Assembly: GCA_051866795.1 (NCBI GenBank)
Contig: JBJDXT010000016.1
Span: 1-13,905, forward strand
From: Candidatus Onthomonas sp.
GTDB lineage: Bacteria; Bacillota; Clostridia; Oscillospirales; Oscillospiraceae
DNA: 13,905 nt
Direction: 5' to 3'
Below the pieces are notes generated by a model, which saw only the letters and a list, made by a program, of their open reading frames with translations, had not been told where the DNA came from and made no database searches. Positions 6,997 through 13,905 of this stretch are shown here, one piece after another. Position numbers and translations under genes: made by a program. Position 1 is the stretch's first letter. Every line of letters starts with the position of its first letter.

Positions 6997-7025
6997 TTGC
7001 AATTGAAGAAAGCGGGTGCTAAAAT
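6997..7025 (+). promoter_or_regulatory. Candidate sigma-A-type promoter with extended -10 for the CapD-like gene
   Basis: TTGCAA (6997-7002), a 17-nt spacer, then TGcTAAAAT (7017-7025). The predicted TSS near 7032 would favour the ATG at 7088 or 7115 over the GTG at 7037. This is a pattern match only. Confidence 0.3.
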
Positions 7026-7087
7026 AAAGGCACTATGTGTCGGAAAAGCGGGTTGCGATTCTGGAAGAAAAGAGAGATTTATTGTTT

Positions 7088-8992
7088 ATGCTGGATTTTA
7101 TAAAAGACAAAAAAATGGCAGTCCGACAGCTTCAACTGGTTCTGTGCGATATTGTGGTCATTCAGCTTGCTTCTTTCCTGGCGCTGACGGTGCGTTTTGA
7201 ACTGGTAATTTCAGATATTGATCCGACGTTTGTCGGCTCAGTGCTCCACTATGCGCCCATCCACACGGCGATTACTTTGGTGCTGTTCTGGATGTTCCGC
7301 CTCTATCACAGCCTGTGGCGGTATGCCAGTATCACAGAGATGGGCAACATCGTCTGTGCCGTAGTGTGCAGCGGCCTGATTCAACTGGTGTTGTTGCCCC
7401 TGCTGGGCTGGCCTGTGCCCCGGAGCTACTACATCCTATGTCCTTTGTTCCTGATCTGCCTGGTGGTGGCTGAGCGATATTCCTACCGGCTGCTGCGCAG
7501 TCTCTGGCACAAAGAGGGCAGGAGCCAGTGCTGTCGGGTGATGGTGGTGGGTGCCGGAGAGGCGGGACAGATGCTGGTCTCTGAGCTCCAGTCCAACCCA
7601 AAGCTCAACTATCGGCCTGTCTGCATGATTGATGACGACCCTCGCAAATGGAACCGCTACTTCCAGAACGTGCGGATTGTGGGCGGCAGGGAGAAGATCC
7701 AGCGGGCGGCCCGCCGGTTTGGGGTGGATACTATTCTGATTGCCCTGCCTTCGATGGATAAGAAAGCGCGCAAGGAAATCGTGGATATCGCCCGGTACAC
7801 TCGGTGCGAGGTAAAAATCCTGCCGGGAATGTCACAGCTCATCAAAGGAGAGGTGTATGCCAGCCAACTCCGACCTTTGGATCTGGAGGATCTGCTGGGC
7901 CGGGACAGCGTTCAGGTAGAGATGCAGGATATCGGCGACTATGTCAGCGGTAAGCGAGTGCTGGTCACCGGAGGCGGTGGCTCTATCGGCAGCGAACTGT
8001 GCCGTCAGATCGCCTCCTACACCCCGGAACAGCTGGTCATTTTCGACATCTACGAGAACAATGCTTATGACATTCAGCAGGAACTGCTGAAGAAATATCC
8101 CAAGCTGGATTTGAAGGTGGAGATTGGCTCTGTCCGGGACGAGGGCCGTCTGGAGACCATTTTCCAGCGTTTCCGCCCACAGCTGGTCTACCACGCCGCC
8201 GCCCACAAGCATGTTCCTCTCATGGAGGAGAGCCCTAACGAGGCGGTGAAAAACAATGTATTCGGCACCCTCAAGACGGTGAGCACCGCAGACCGGTACC
8301 AGGTGGAGCGATTTGTACTCATCTCCTCGGACAAGGCGGTGAACCCCACCAGCCTGATGGGCGCTACCAAGCGGATCTGTGAGATGATTATCCAGGCATA
8401 TAACGCCCACTCCGAGACCGACTTTGTGGCGGTGCGCTTCGGCAATGTCCTGGGGAGCAACGGCAGTGTGGTGCCGCTGTTTCGTAAACAGATTGCTGAA
8501 GGCGGCCCGGTGACGGTGACCCACCCGGATATGGTGCGCTACTTTATGACTATCCCGGAGGCGGTCTCCCTGGTGCTTCAGGCTGGGGCCTATGCCAAGG
8601 GGGGCGAGATCTTCGTGCTGGACATGGGTGAACCGGTGAAGATTGTGGATATGGCCCGGAAGCTGATTGAGCTGTCCGGCTTCAAGCCCGACGTGGATAT
8701 TCAGATCAAGTTTACCGGCATGCGGCCCGGAGAGAAACTTTTTGAGGAGCTGCTGCTGGATGAGGAGGGGCTGACCAAGACCCAGAACGATCTGATCTAC
8801 ATCGGCCGGCCCATCCGCTTTGACGAGGAGCAGTTTTCTGAGCAGCTCCAGCGGTTGGAGACGTCTGCGCTGGCAGAGGACGGAAGGGTCTGGTCTCTGG
8901 TGGAGGAAATTGTCCCCACCTATCACAGGACGGACAATGGAAAAACCGAGCCGGAGCCGGAGCGGATTCCGGTGGGTACCGCCCAATCATAA
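7088..8992 (+). CDS. Polysaccharide biosynthesis protein, CapD/EpsC/PglF/WbpM family (membrane-anchored NDP-sugar 4,6-dehydratase)
   Basis: About four N-terminal TM helices. CoA-binding-like Rossmann segment VMVVGAGEAGQMLV...MIDDDPRK. SDR dehydratase motifs VLVTGGGGSIGSEL, YHAAAHKHVPLME and SSDKAVNPTSLMGATKR. The stop codon is at 8990-8992. The start is uncertain: GTG 7037, ATG 7088 or ATG 7115, and none has a strong SD. Confidence 0.85.
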   Translation: MLDFIKDKKMAVRQLQLVLCDIVVIQLASFLALTVRFELVISDIDPTFVGSVLHYAPIHTAITLVLFWMFRLYHSLWRYASITEMGNIVCAVVCSGLIQLVLLPLLGWPVPRSYYILCPLFLICLVVAERYSYRLLRSLWHKEGRSQCCRVMVVGAGEAGQMLVSELQSNPKLNYRPVCMIDDDPRKWNRYFQNVRIVGGREKIQRAARRFGVDTILIALPSMDKKARKEIVDIARYTRCEVKILPGMSQLIKGEVYASQLRPLDLEDLLGRDSVQVEMQDIGDYVSGKRVLVTGGGGSIGSELCRQIASYTPEQLVIFDIYENNAYDIQQELLKKYPKLDLKVEIGSVRDEGRLETIFQRFRPQLVYHAAAHKHVPLMEESPNEAVKNNVFGTLKTVSTADRYQVERFVLISSDKAVNPTSLMGATKRICEMIIQAYNAHSETDFVAVRFGNVLGSNGSVVPLFRKQIAEGGPVTVTHPDMVRYFMTIPEAVSLVLQAGAYAKGGEIFVLDMGEPVKIVDMARKLIELSGFKPDVDIQIKFTGMRPGEKLFEELLLDEEGLTKTQNDLIYIGRPIRFDEEQFSEQLQRLETSALAEDGRVWSLVEEIVPTYHRTDNGKTEPEPERIPVGTAQS

Positions 8993-8999
8993 AAGAAAA

Positions 9000-9038
9000 G
9001 ACCGATCTGTAGGAATTCTCCCGCAGATCGGCCTTTTT
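9000..9038. terminator. Bidirectional intrinsic terminator between the convergent CapD-like gene and rnc
   Basis: ccgatctg (9002-9009) pairs with cagatcgg (9024-9031), plus an outer G-C pair, with a 14-nt loop. TTTTT follows on the + strand (9034-9038), and cttttctttt follows on the - strand (complement of 8991-9000). Confidence 0.75.
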
Positions 9039-9044
9039 ATATCC

Positions 9045-9722
9045 TTATTGTTGAGAGAGGGCGGAGAGCGCCGCGTGAGCGGCGGCCTGCTCCGCATCCT
9101 TTTTGCTCCGGCCCTTGCCGGTGCCCACCGGAGTGCCGTTGAGCTGAACCTCCATCTCAAAGGTCTTGGCGTGGTCGGGGCCGGACTGGCCGATCAGGTG
9201 ATAGGTCAACACCTGGCCGCTCCTGCGCTGGACAAATTCCTGCAGAGCGGTCTTATAGTCCTTGCCGGACTGGTTCACCTGGGCCATATTGTCCAGGATG
9301 AATTTCTGAATGATCCGGCGGGCCTGGGCAATGCCGCCGTCCAAATAGACGGCAGCCAGCACCGCCTCCACAGCGTCCGCCCGGATAGAGGGCCGCTCCC
9401 GGCCGCCGCAGCTCTCCTCGCCCTTGCCCAGCTTGAGGTAGGAGCCCAGATCCCAGAGACCGGCCACCACCACCAGATTGCCCTCACAGACCAGGCTGGC
9501 CCGCATCCGGGTCAGGTCGCCCTCGGGCAGGGCGGGAAAGTTCCGATAAAGATAGTCCGCCACCACCATGCCCAGCACCGAGTCGCCCAGGAACTCCAGA
9601 CGCTCATTGCTCTGGGTGCGCCCGGCGTGGTGCTCGTTGGCGTAGGAGCTGTGGGTCAGGGCATTTTCCAGCAGGGACCGGTCCTGAAACCGGTAGCCCA
9701 GCTTTTCTTCCAACGTTTTCAT
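9045..9722 (-). CDS. rnc: Ribonuclease III
   Basis: The true start is the internal Met: MKTLEEKLGYRFQDRSLLENALTHSSYANE. The RNase III signature ERLEFLGDSVLG and a C-terminal dsRBD (GPDHAKTFEMEV...GKGRSKKDAEQAAA) are present. The SD GGAGGAG lies 8 nt upstream. The 5' extension in the track (to 9830) overlaps plsX and is spurious. Confidence 0.93.
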   Translation of the reverse strand: MKTLEEKLGYRFQDRSLLENALTHSSYANEHHAGRTQSNERLEFLGDSVLGMVVADYLYRNFPALPEGDLTRMRASLVCEGNLVVVAGLWDLGSYLKLGKGEESCGGRERPSIRADAVEAVLAAVYLDGGIAQARRIIQKFILDNMAQVNQSGKDYKTALQEFVQRRSGQVLTYHLIGQSGPDHAKTFEMEVQLNGTPVGTGKGRSKKDAEQAAAHAALSALSQQ

Positions 9723-9727
9723 GGCTG

Positions 9728-10759
9728 TTATTTCTCCTCCGCTGTGAGCTGGAGGCTGTCCACATGCCCGGCAATGGCCTCTACGATGCCTGCGTTGACA
9801 AAGTCCACCGCCTTGCCCACCGCGTGGCACATGGCGTAGGCGTCGGAGGAGCCGTGGGCCTTGAATACTGGCTTGCGCAGACCCAGCAGGGCGGTGCCGC
9901 CGGTCTCCCGGCTGTCAATCATCTTCTTGAAGCCGCCCATGCTGCCCTTGATCATGAGATAGCCCATCTTGGTCTTGGCGTTGGTGGTGAACACCTGCTT
10001 GAGGCCCTTGACCAGGAAGGAGGCGGTGCCCTCCATGGCCTTGAGCAGGATGTTGCCCACAAAGCCGTCGGCCACAATGACGTCGCAGGCGTCGTCGCTG
10101 GACAGATTGGTGGGCTCAATATTGCCCACAAAGTTGAGCTGTCCCGCCTCACCGGCCCGAGTCAGCATGGCATGTACCTGCTTGTACAGCTCGCTGCCCT
10201 TGCTGGGCTCAGTGCCGATGTTGAGCAGGCCCACCTTGGCGTTCTTCCGGCCCAGCACCCGCTCGGCGTAGAAGGAGCCCATGAGGGCAAACTGGCACAT
10301 ATACTCCGGGGTGCACTCGGCATTGGCGCCCGCGTCGATGAGGACGGCGCCGCCCGCCCCGGTGGGAACGATGGGGGCCACCGCCGCCCGGCGGATGCCG
10401 GGGATCCGCCGGACAATCAGAGTGCCGGCGGAGAGCAGGGCGCCGGTGCTGCCGGCGGAGATAAAGGCGTCTCCCTGGCCGTCCTTGAGCATCCGCAGGC
10501 CCACCGACATGGAGGAGTCCTTCTTCTCGTGCCAGGCGGTGGAGGGGTTGTCGCAGATCTCGATAACCTGGGTGGCGTTGACAATGTCAATGCCGGGAGG
10601 GAGCTGGCCAATGCCGTCCTGCTCCAGCACCTTGTGGATGACAGGCTCCTGGCCGACCAGGGTGATGTCACAGCCGAACTCGTTCCGGGCCATAATGGCG
10701 CCGCGGATCGGCTCCCGGGGGGCGAGATCTCCGCCCATCGCGTCGATGATAATTCTCAT
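9728..10759 (-). CDS. plsX: Phosphate acyltransferase PlsX
   Basis: MRIIIDAMGGDLAPREPIRG..., ISAGSTGALL, VLIDAGANAEC and KAHGSSD align well with B. subtilis PlsX. The ATG at 10759 follows the SD AAGGAGG. The track ORF start at 10981 reads through the repeat region and is spurious. Confidence 0.93.
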   Translation of the reverse strand: MRIIIDAMGGDLAPREPIRGAIMARNEFGCDITLVGQEPVIHKVLEQDGIGQLPPGIDIVNATQVIEICDNPSTAWHEKKDSSMSVGLRMLKDGQGDAFISAGSTGALLSAGTLIVRRIPGIRRAAVAPIVPTGAGGAVLIDAGANAECTPEYMCQFALMGSFYAERVLGRKNAKVGLLNIGTEPSKGSELYKQVHAMLTRAGEAGQLNFVGNIEPTNLSSDDACDVIVADGFVGNILLKAMEGTASFLVKGLKQVFTTNAKTKMGYLMIKGSMGGFKKMIDSRETGGTALLGLRKPVFKAHGSSDAYAMCHAVGKAVDFVNAGIVEAIAGHVDSLQLTAEEK

Positions 10760-10800
10760 TGGTTGTCCTCCTTTAACCAAAAATAAATTTGTAACGTCAG

Positions 10801-10854
10801 GTAGGGCAGCCATAGCCTGCGGCCAGAGGTGACCGGAGGCTATCGCTGTCTTAC
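10801..10854. repeat. Degenerate GTAG-headed long hairpin (possible decayed member of the same repeat family)
   Basis: GTAGGG-cagccatagcc (10807-10817) pairs with ggctatcgctg (10838-10848) in 10 of 11 positions, with a 20-nt loop. The ends GTAGGGCAG / CTGTCTTAC form an imperfect inverted repeat (7/9). Confidence 0.3.
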
Positions 10855-10894
10855 GGGGAAATGATGACAGGTGTGGAATATAACGGCAGGTGCT

Positions 10895-10968
10895 GTAGGG
10901 GCGATTCATGAATCGCCCGCCCGAAAACAAGAAGCTTCCGGAACAGGCCGTTGGTGAACGGCCCCTAC
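10895..10968. repeat. REP/REPIN-like inverted doublet 3 (copy of doublet 2)
   Basis: Left unit: GTAGGGGCGATTC-at-GAATCGCCC (10895-10918), 23/24 identical to 1393-1416. A 27-nt unrelated spacer follows. Right unit: aGGCCGTT-ggtg-AACGGCCCCTAC (10945-10968), 21/24 identical to 1441-1464. Confidence 0.75.
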
Positions 10969-10985
10969 AGGGCGTGCCCAAAGAG

Positions 10986-12290
10986 TCACAGCTCCAGCCC
11001 TGCTAAAAGCTCCAGACTCCGCTGGGCCAGGACGGCGTTCTTGTTCCGCTTGCCTTTGACCCGGTAACCCAGGGGCGGAATGATGCCGAAATTGACATTC
11101 ATGGGCTGGAAGTCGGTGACACTGGTGTCGCTGACATAGTGGGACAGGGCGCCCAGGGCGGTCTCCCGGGGGAAGTCCACCGGCGGCAGGCCCAGCACCC
11201 GGTGGGCCAGCTCCACGCCGGCCACCAGACCGGAAGCGGCGGACTCCACATAGCCCTCCACGCCGGTGATCTGTCCGGCAAAGGTGAGCCGGGGCTGGTC
11301 GATCACCTGATAGTAGTGGTTGAGCAGGCCGGGGGAGTTCAGATAGGTGTTCCGGTGCATGACGCCGTAGCGGACAAACTCCGCCTGCTCCAGACCGGGG
11401 ATCATGGAAAAGACCCGACGCTGCTCCGGCCAGGCCAGATGGGTTTGGAAGCCTACAATATTATATACCGTACCCAACGCATTGTCCTTGCGCAGCTGCA
11501 CCACGGCATAGGGCCGGAAGTCCGGCCGCCGGGGGTCGGAGAGGCCCACTGGCTTCAGGGGGCCGTAGCACAATGTGTCGTGACCACGGCGGGCCATGAC
11601 CTCCACCGGCATGCAGCCCTCAAAGACGCTGCTGTCCTCAAAGCCGTGGAGCTGGGCTTCCCGGGCGGAGCAGAGCTCGGTCCAGAAGGCGTCGTATTCC
11701 TCCCGGGTCATGGGACAGTTGATGTAATCCGCCGTCCCCTTGTCGTACCGGGAGCCAAACCAGGCCTTGTCCATGTCAATGCTCTCAAAGCTGACCAGAG
11801 GGGCCACGGCGTCAAAGAAGTGGAGGTCGTTGCGGCCAGGGAACCGGCGGGTGATCTCCTCCGCCAGAGGCTCCGAGGTGAGAGGGCCGGAGGCGATGAC
11901 CACCTGCCCCTCCTCCGGCAGCGCTGTCAGCTCCCGCTCCACCACGGTGATGAGGGGATGCTCCCGGATGGCCTGGGTGACCGCCCCGGAAAAGCCGTAA
12001 CGGTCCACCGCCAGGGCGCCTCCTGCGGGCACCTGATGCCGGTCGGCGCACTCCAGAATCAGGGAGCCGCACCGCCGCATCTCCTCCTTGAGCAGGCCCA
12101 CGGCGTTTTCCACGTTGTTGGCCCGCAGGGAGTTGGAGCAGACCAGCTCGGCGAAGTCGTCGCTCTGGTGGGCGGGGCTCCGCTTGCCGGGCTTCATCTC
12201 ATAGAGGGTGACGGGAATGCCCCGCCGGGCCAGCTGCCAGGCGGCCTCGCAGCCGGCGAGACCTGCGCCGATGACAGTTACTTGTTCCAT
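10986..12290 (-). CDS. trmFO: Methylenetetrahydrofolate--tRNA-(uracil54-C5)-methyltransferase TrmFO (Gid)
   Basis: MEQVTVIGAGLAGCEAAWQLARRG (FAD-binding GxGxxG), FAELVCSNSLR, YNIVGFQTHL and FAGQITGVEGYVESAASGL give a near full-length match to B. subtilis TrmFO. The gene follows topA, as in the conserved Firmicutes arrangement. Confidence 0.95.
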   Translation of the reverse strand: MEQVTVIGAGLAGCEAAWQLARRGIPVTLYEMKPGKRSPAHQSDDFAELVCSNSLRANNVENAVGLLKEEMRRCGSLILECADRHQVPAGGALAVDRYGFSGAVTQAIREHPLITVVERELTALPEEGQVVIASGPLTSEPLAEEITRRFPGRNDLHFFDAVAPLVSFESIDMDKAWFGSRYDKGTADYINCPMTREEYDAFWTELCSAREAQLHGFEDSSVFEGCMPVEVMARRGHDTLCYGPLKPVGLSDPRRPDFRPYAVVQLRKDNALGTVYNIVGFQTHLAWPEQRRVFSMIPGLEQAEFVRYGVMHRNTYLNSPGLLNHYYQVIDQPRLTFAGQITGVEGYVESAASGLVAGVELAHRVLGLPPVDFPRETALGALSHYVSDTSVTDFQPMNVNFGIIPPLGYRVKGKRNKNAVLAQRSLELLAGLEL

Positions 12291-12297
12291 GCTCTTC

Positions 12298-13905
12298 TCA
12301 GGCCTCCGTTTTCTCTTGGGCGGTTTGCTTTGCCTGTCGAGCTGCCTCCCGTCTGGCCTGGGCCAAAGCCCGGCCCCGGGCCAGCGCCTCCTTCTGGGCC
12401 TCGCTCAGCTCCCGCTTGGGCTTGGGTTCCTCTGACTTGGAGGCGGCCTTCTTCGCGGAAGTCTTTTTGGCGGGGGCTTTTTTGGCCGCCGTTTTTTTGC
12501 CGGCGGTCTTTTTGGCCGCCGCCTTGCTGCCGGCGGATTTCTTCCCGGTGGTCTTGGTCTCGGCGGCCGTCTCCTCAGCAGAGGATTCCTCCGTCTTGGG
12601 CTTGGGGGGACGGTAGCCGGGGCGCTGCTCCTCCGGGAGGAAGTTGGGGCACTTCTCGTTGATGCAGAAGGGCTTTTTAAAGCCCTTGCCCGACTTTTTG
12701 AACATGGTCTGGCCGCAGACCGGGCAGTTCTCCTTCACCGGCACGTCCCAGCTCATAAAGTCGCAGGGCTCGCCGGAGACCACCCGGTTGCGCTCACAGC
12801 CGTAATAGGTGTAGCCGTTGCGGCTGGTCTTTTTCAGAATCCGGCTGCCGCACTTGGGGCATCTGCCCGGCATCTCGATGACCAGCGGCTTGGTAAAGGT
12901 GCACTCCGGATAGCCGGGACAGGCCAGAAAACGGCCGAACCGCCCCGATTTGATCACCATTTTGCGGCCGCAGACGTCGCAGACCTCGTCGGACTCCTCG
13001 TCCGGCACCTTGATCCGCTCTCCGTCCAGATCCTGCTCCGCCTTCTCCAGCTCGGCGGAAAAGCCGGTGTAGAATTTGGACAGCACGTCCTTCCAGTACT
13101 CCTTGCCGGCCTCCACGCTGTCCAGGCTCTCCTCCATCTTGGCGGTAAAGGCGGGGTCCACGATGTCGGTGAATTTATCCATCATCAGGCCGTTGACCAC
13201 CTCGCCCAGAGGGGTGGGACGGAGTGCCTTGCCCTCCTTCACCACATACTCCCGGTCCAGAATGGTGGACACGGTGGGGGCGTAGGTGGAGGGGCGGCCG
13301 ATGCCCTTCTCCTCCAGCAGCTTGATGAGGGCGGCTTCAGTGAACCGGGCGGGGGGCTGGGTGAAGTGCTGGGCCTTGTCGGTGCCTGCCAGCTTGACCT
13401 CCTCGTTTTCCTGGAGATCGGGCAGGGGAGAGCCCATGGCCTCCTCTCCCTCGTCCTTGCCCTCTACATAGACGGCGGTAAAGCCGGAGAACTTCAGGGC
13501 GGAGTGGGTGGCCCGAAACAGGTGGGTGCCGGAGAGCACGTCGATGGACACGCTGTCAAAGACGGCGTTGGACATCTGGCAGGCCAGAAAACGGCTCCAG
13601 ATCAGCTTGTACAGCCGCAGCTGCTCGCTGGTCAGGCTGCCCCGCACCGCCTCCGGGGTGAGGGAGACGTTGGTGGGCCGGATGGCCTCGTGGGCGTCCT
13701 GAGCGCCTGCCTTGGTCTTGTAGACCCGGGGCTGGGCGGGAACATATTCCTTTCCGTACCGGGCGGAGAGGAAGGAGCGGGCCGCCTCCACCGCCTCGTC
13801 GGACAGGCGCAGGGAGTCGGTACGCATATAGGTGATCAGACCCACGGTGCCCTCGCCCTCGATGTCCACGCCCTCATAGAGCTGCTGGGCGATGGACATG
13901 GTGCG
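12298..13905 (-). CDS. topA: DNA topoisomerase I (type IA); the N-terminal part lies beyond the window edge
   Basis: The frame is open to base 13905. The core contains ITYMRTDS (active-site Tyr context) and THLFRATHSALKFSGFTAVY. Three C4 zinc ribbons are present: CDVCG...CPGYPEC, CPKCG...GCE...EPC and CPVCG...CINEKC. A Lys/Ala-rich tail follows. The stop codon is 7 nt before the trmFO start. Confidence 0.93.
   Translation of the reverse strand, partial: RTMSIAQQLYEGVDIEGEGTVGLITYMRTDSLRLSDEAVEAARSFLSARYGKEYVPAQPRVYKTKAGAQDAHEAIRPTNVSLTPEAVRGSLTSEQLRLYKLIWSRFLACQMSNAVFDSVSIDVLSGTHLFRATHSALKFSGFTAVYVEGKDEGEEAMGSPLPDLQENEEVKLAGTDKAQHFTQPPARFTEAALIKLLEEKGIGRPSTYAPTVSTILDREYVVKEGKALRPTPLGEVVNGLMMDKFTDIVDPAFTAKMEESLDSVEAGKEYWKDVLSKFYTGFSAELEKAEQDLDGERIKVPDEESDEVCDVCGRKMVIKSGRFGRFLACPGYPECTFTKPLVIEMPGRCPKCGSRILKKTSRNGYTYYGCERNRVVSGEPCDFMSWDVPVKENCPVCGQTMFKKSGKGFKKPFCINEKCPNFLPEEQRPGYRPPKPKTEESSAEETAAETKTTGKKSAGSKAAAKKTAGKKTAAKKAPAKKTSAKKAASKSEEPKPKRELSEAQKEALARGRALAQARREAARQAKQTAQEKTEA
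12436..12546 (-). repeat. In-frame Lys/Ala pentapeptide repeat tract within the topA 3' end
   Basis: Encodes GKKSAGSKAAAKKTAGKKTAAKKAPAKKTSAKKAASK. On the + strand it appears as about 15-nt periodic ctttttggc(c/g)gc-like units. Confidence 0.8.

Noticed and set aside
9728-10981. The 417-aa version of the plsX ORF, starting at 10981.
   Set aside because: The first 74 codons read through the REP-like doublet (GGRFMNRPY...) and have no PlsX similarity. The canonical MRIIIDAMGGD start at 10759 has the SD AAGGAGG.

Overview
This is a high-GC, Clostridia-like chromosomal segment; spoIVB implies a spore-former, and the taxon is inference only. It consists almost entirely of core housekeeping genes. 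On the + strand: the 3' part of an archaeal/type-2 aspartyl-tRNA synthetase, gatC-gatA-gatB (amidotransferase), spoIVB, and a solitary membrane-anchored CapD/PglF/WbpM-type sugar dehydratase. Convergent on the - strand: rnc, plsX, trmFO and the 3' two-thirds of topA. I see no rRNA, tRNA, CRISPR array, transposase or phage gene, and no convincing novel multi-gene system. Four things are not explained by the genes. (1) A family of GTAG-headed GC-rich hairpins is arranged as inverted doublets (REP/REPIN-like). It fills the aspS-gatC spacer and recurs 9.4 kb away in the trmFO-plsX spacer, with compensatory stem changes between copies. (2) Two unusually long, lower-GC non-coding stretches flank spoIVB (about 585 and 740 bp). 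They contain hairpins, SD-preceded mini-ORFs and a purine/GGA-rich tract. (3) spoIVB lacks its canonical recN and spo0A neighbours. (4) TopA carries a Lys/Ala pentapeptide-repeat tail. The long antisense ORFs in the track are high-GC shadow ORFs. All functional calls rest on motif recognition by eye; no database search was possible.
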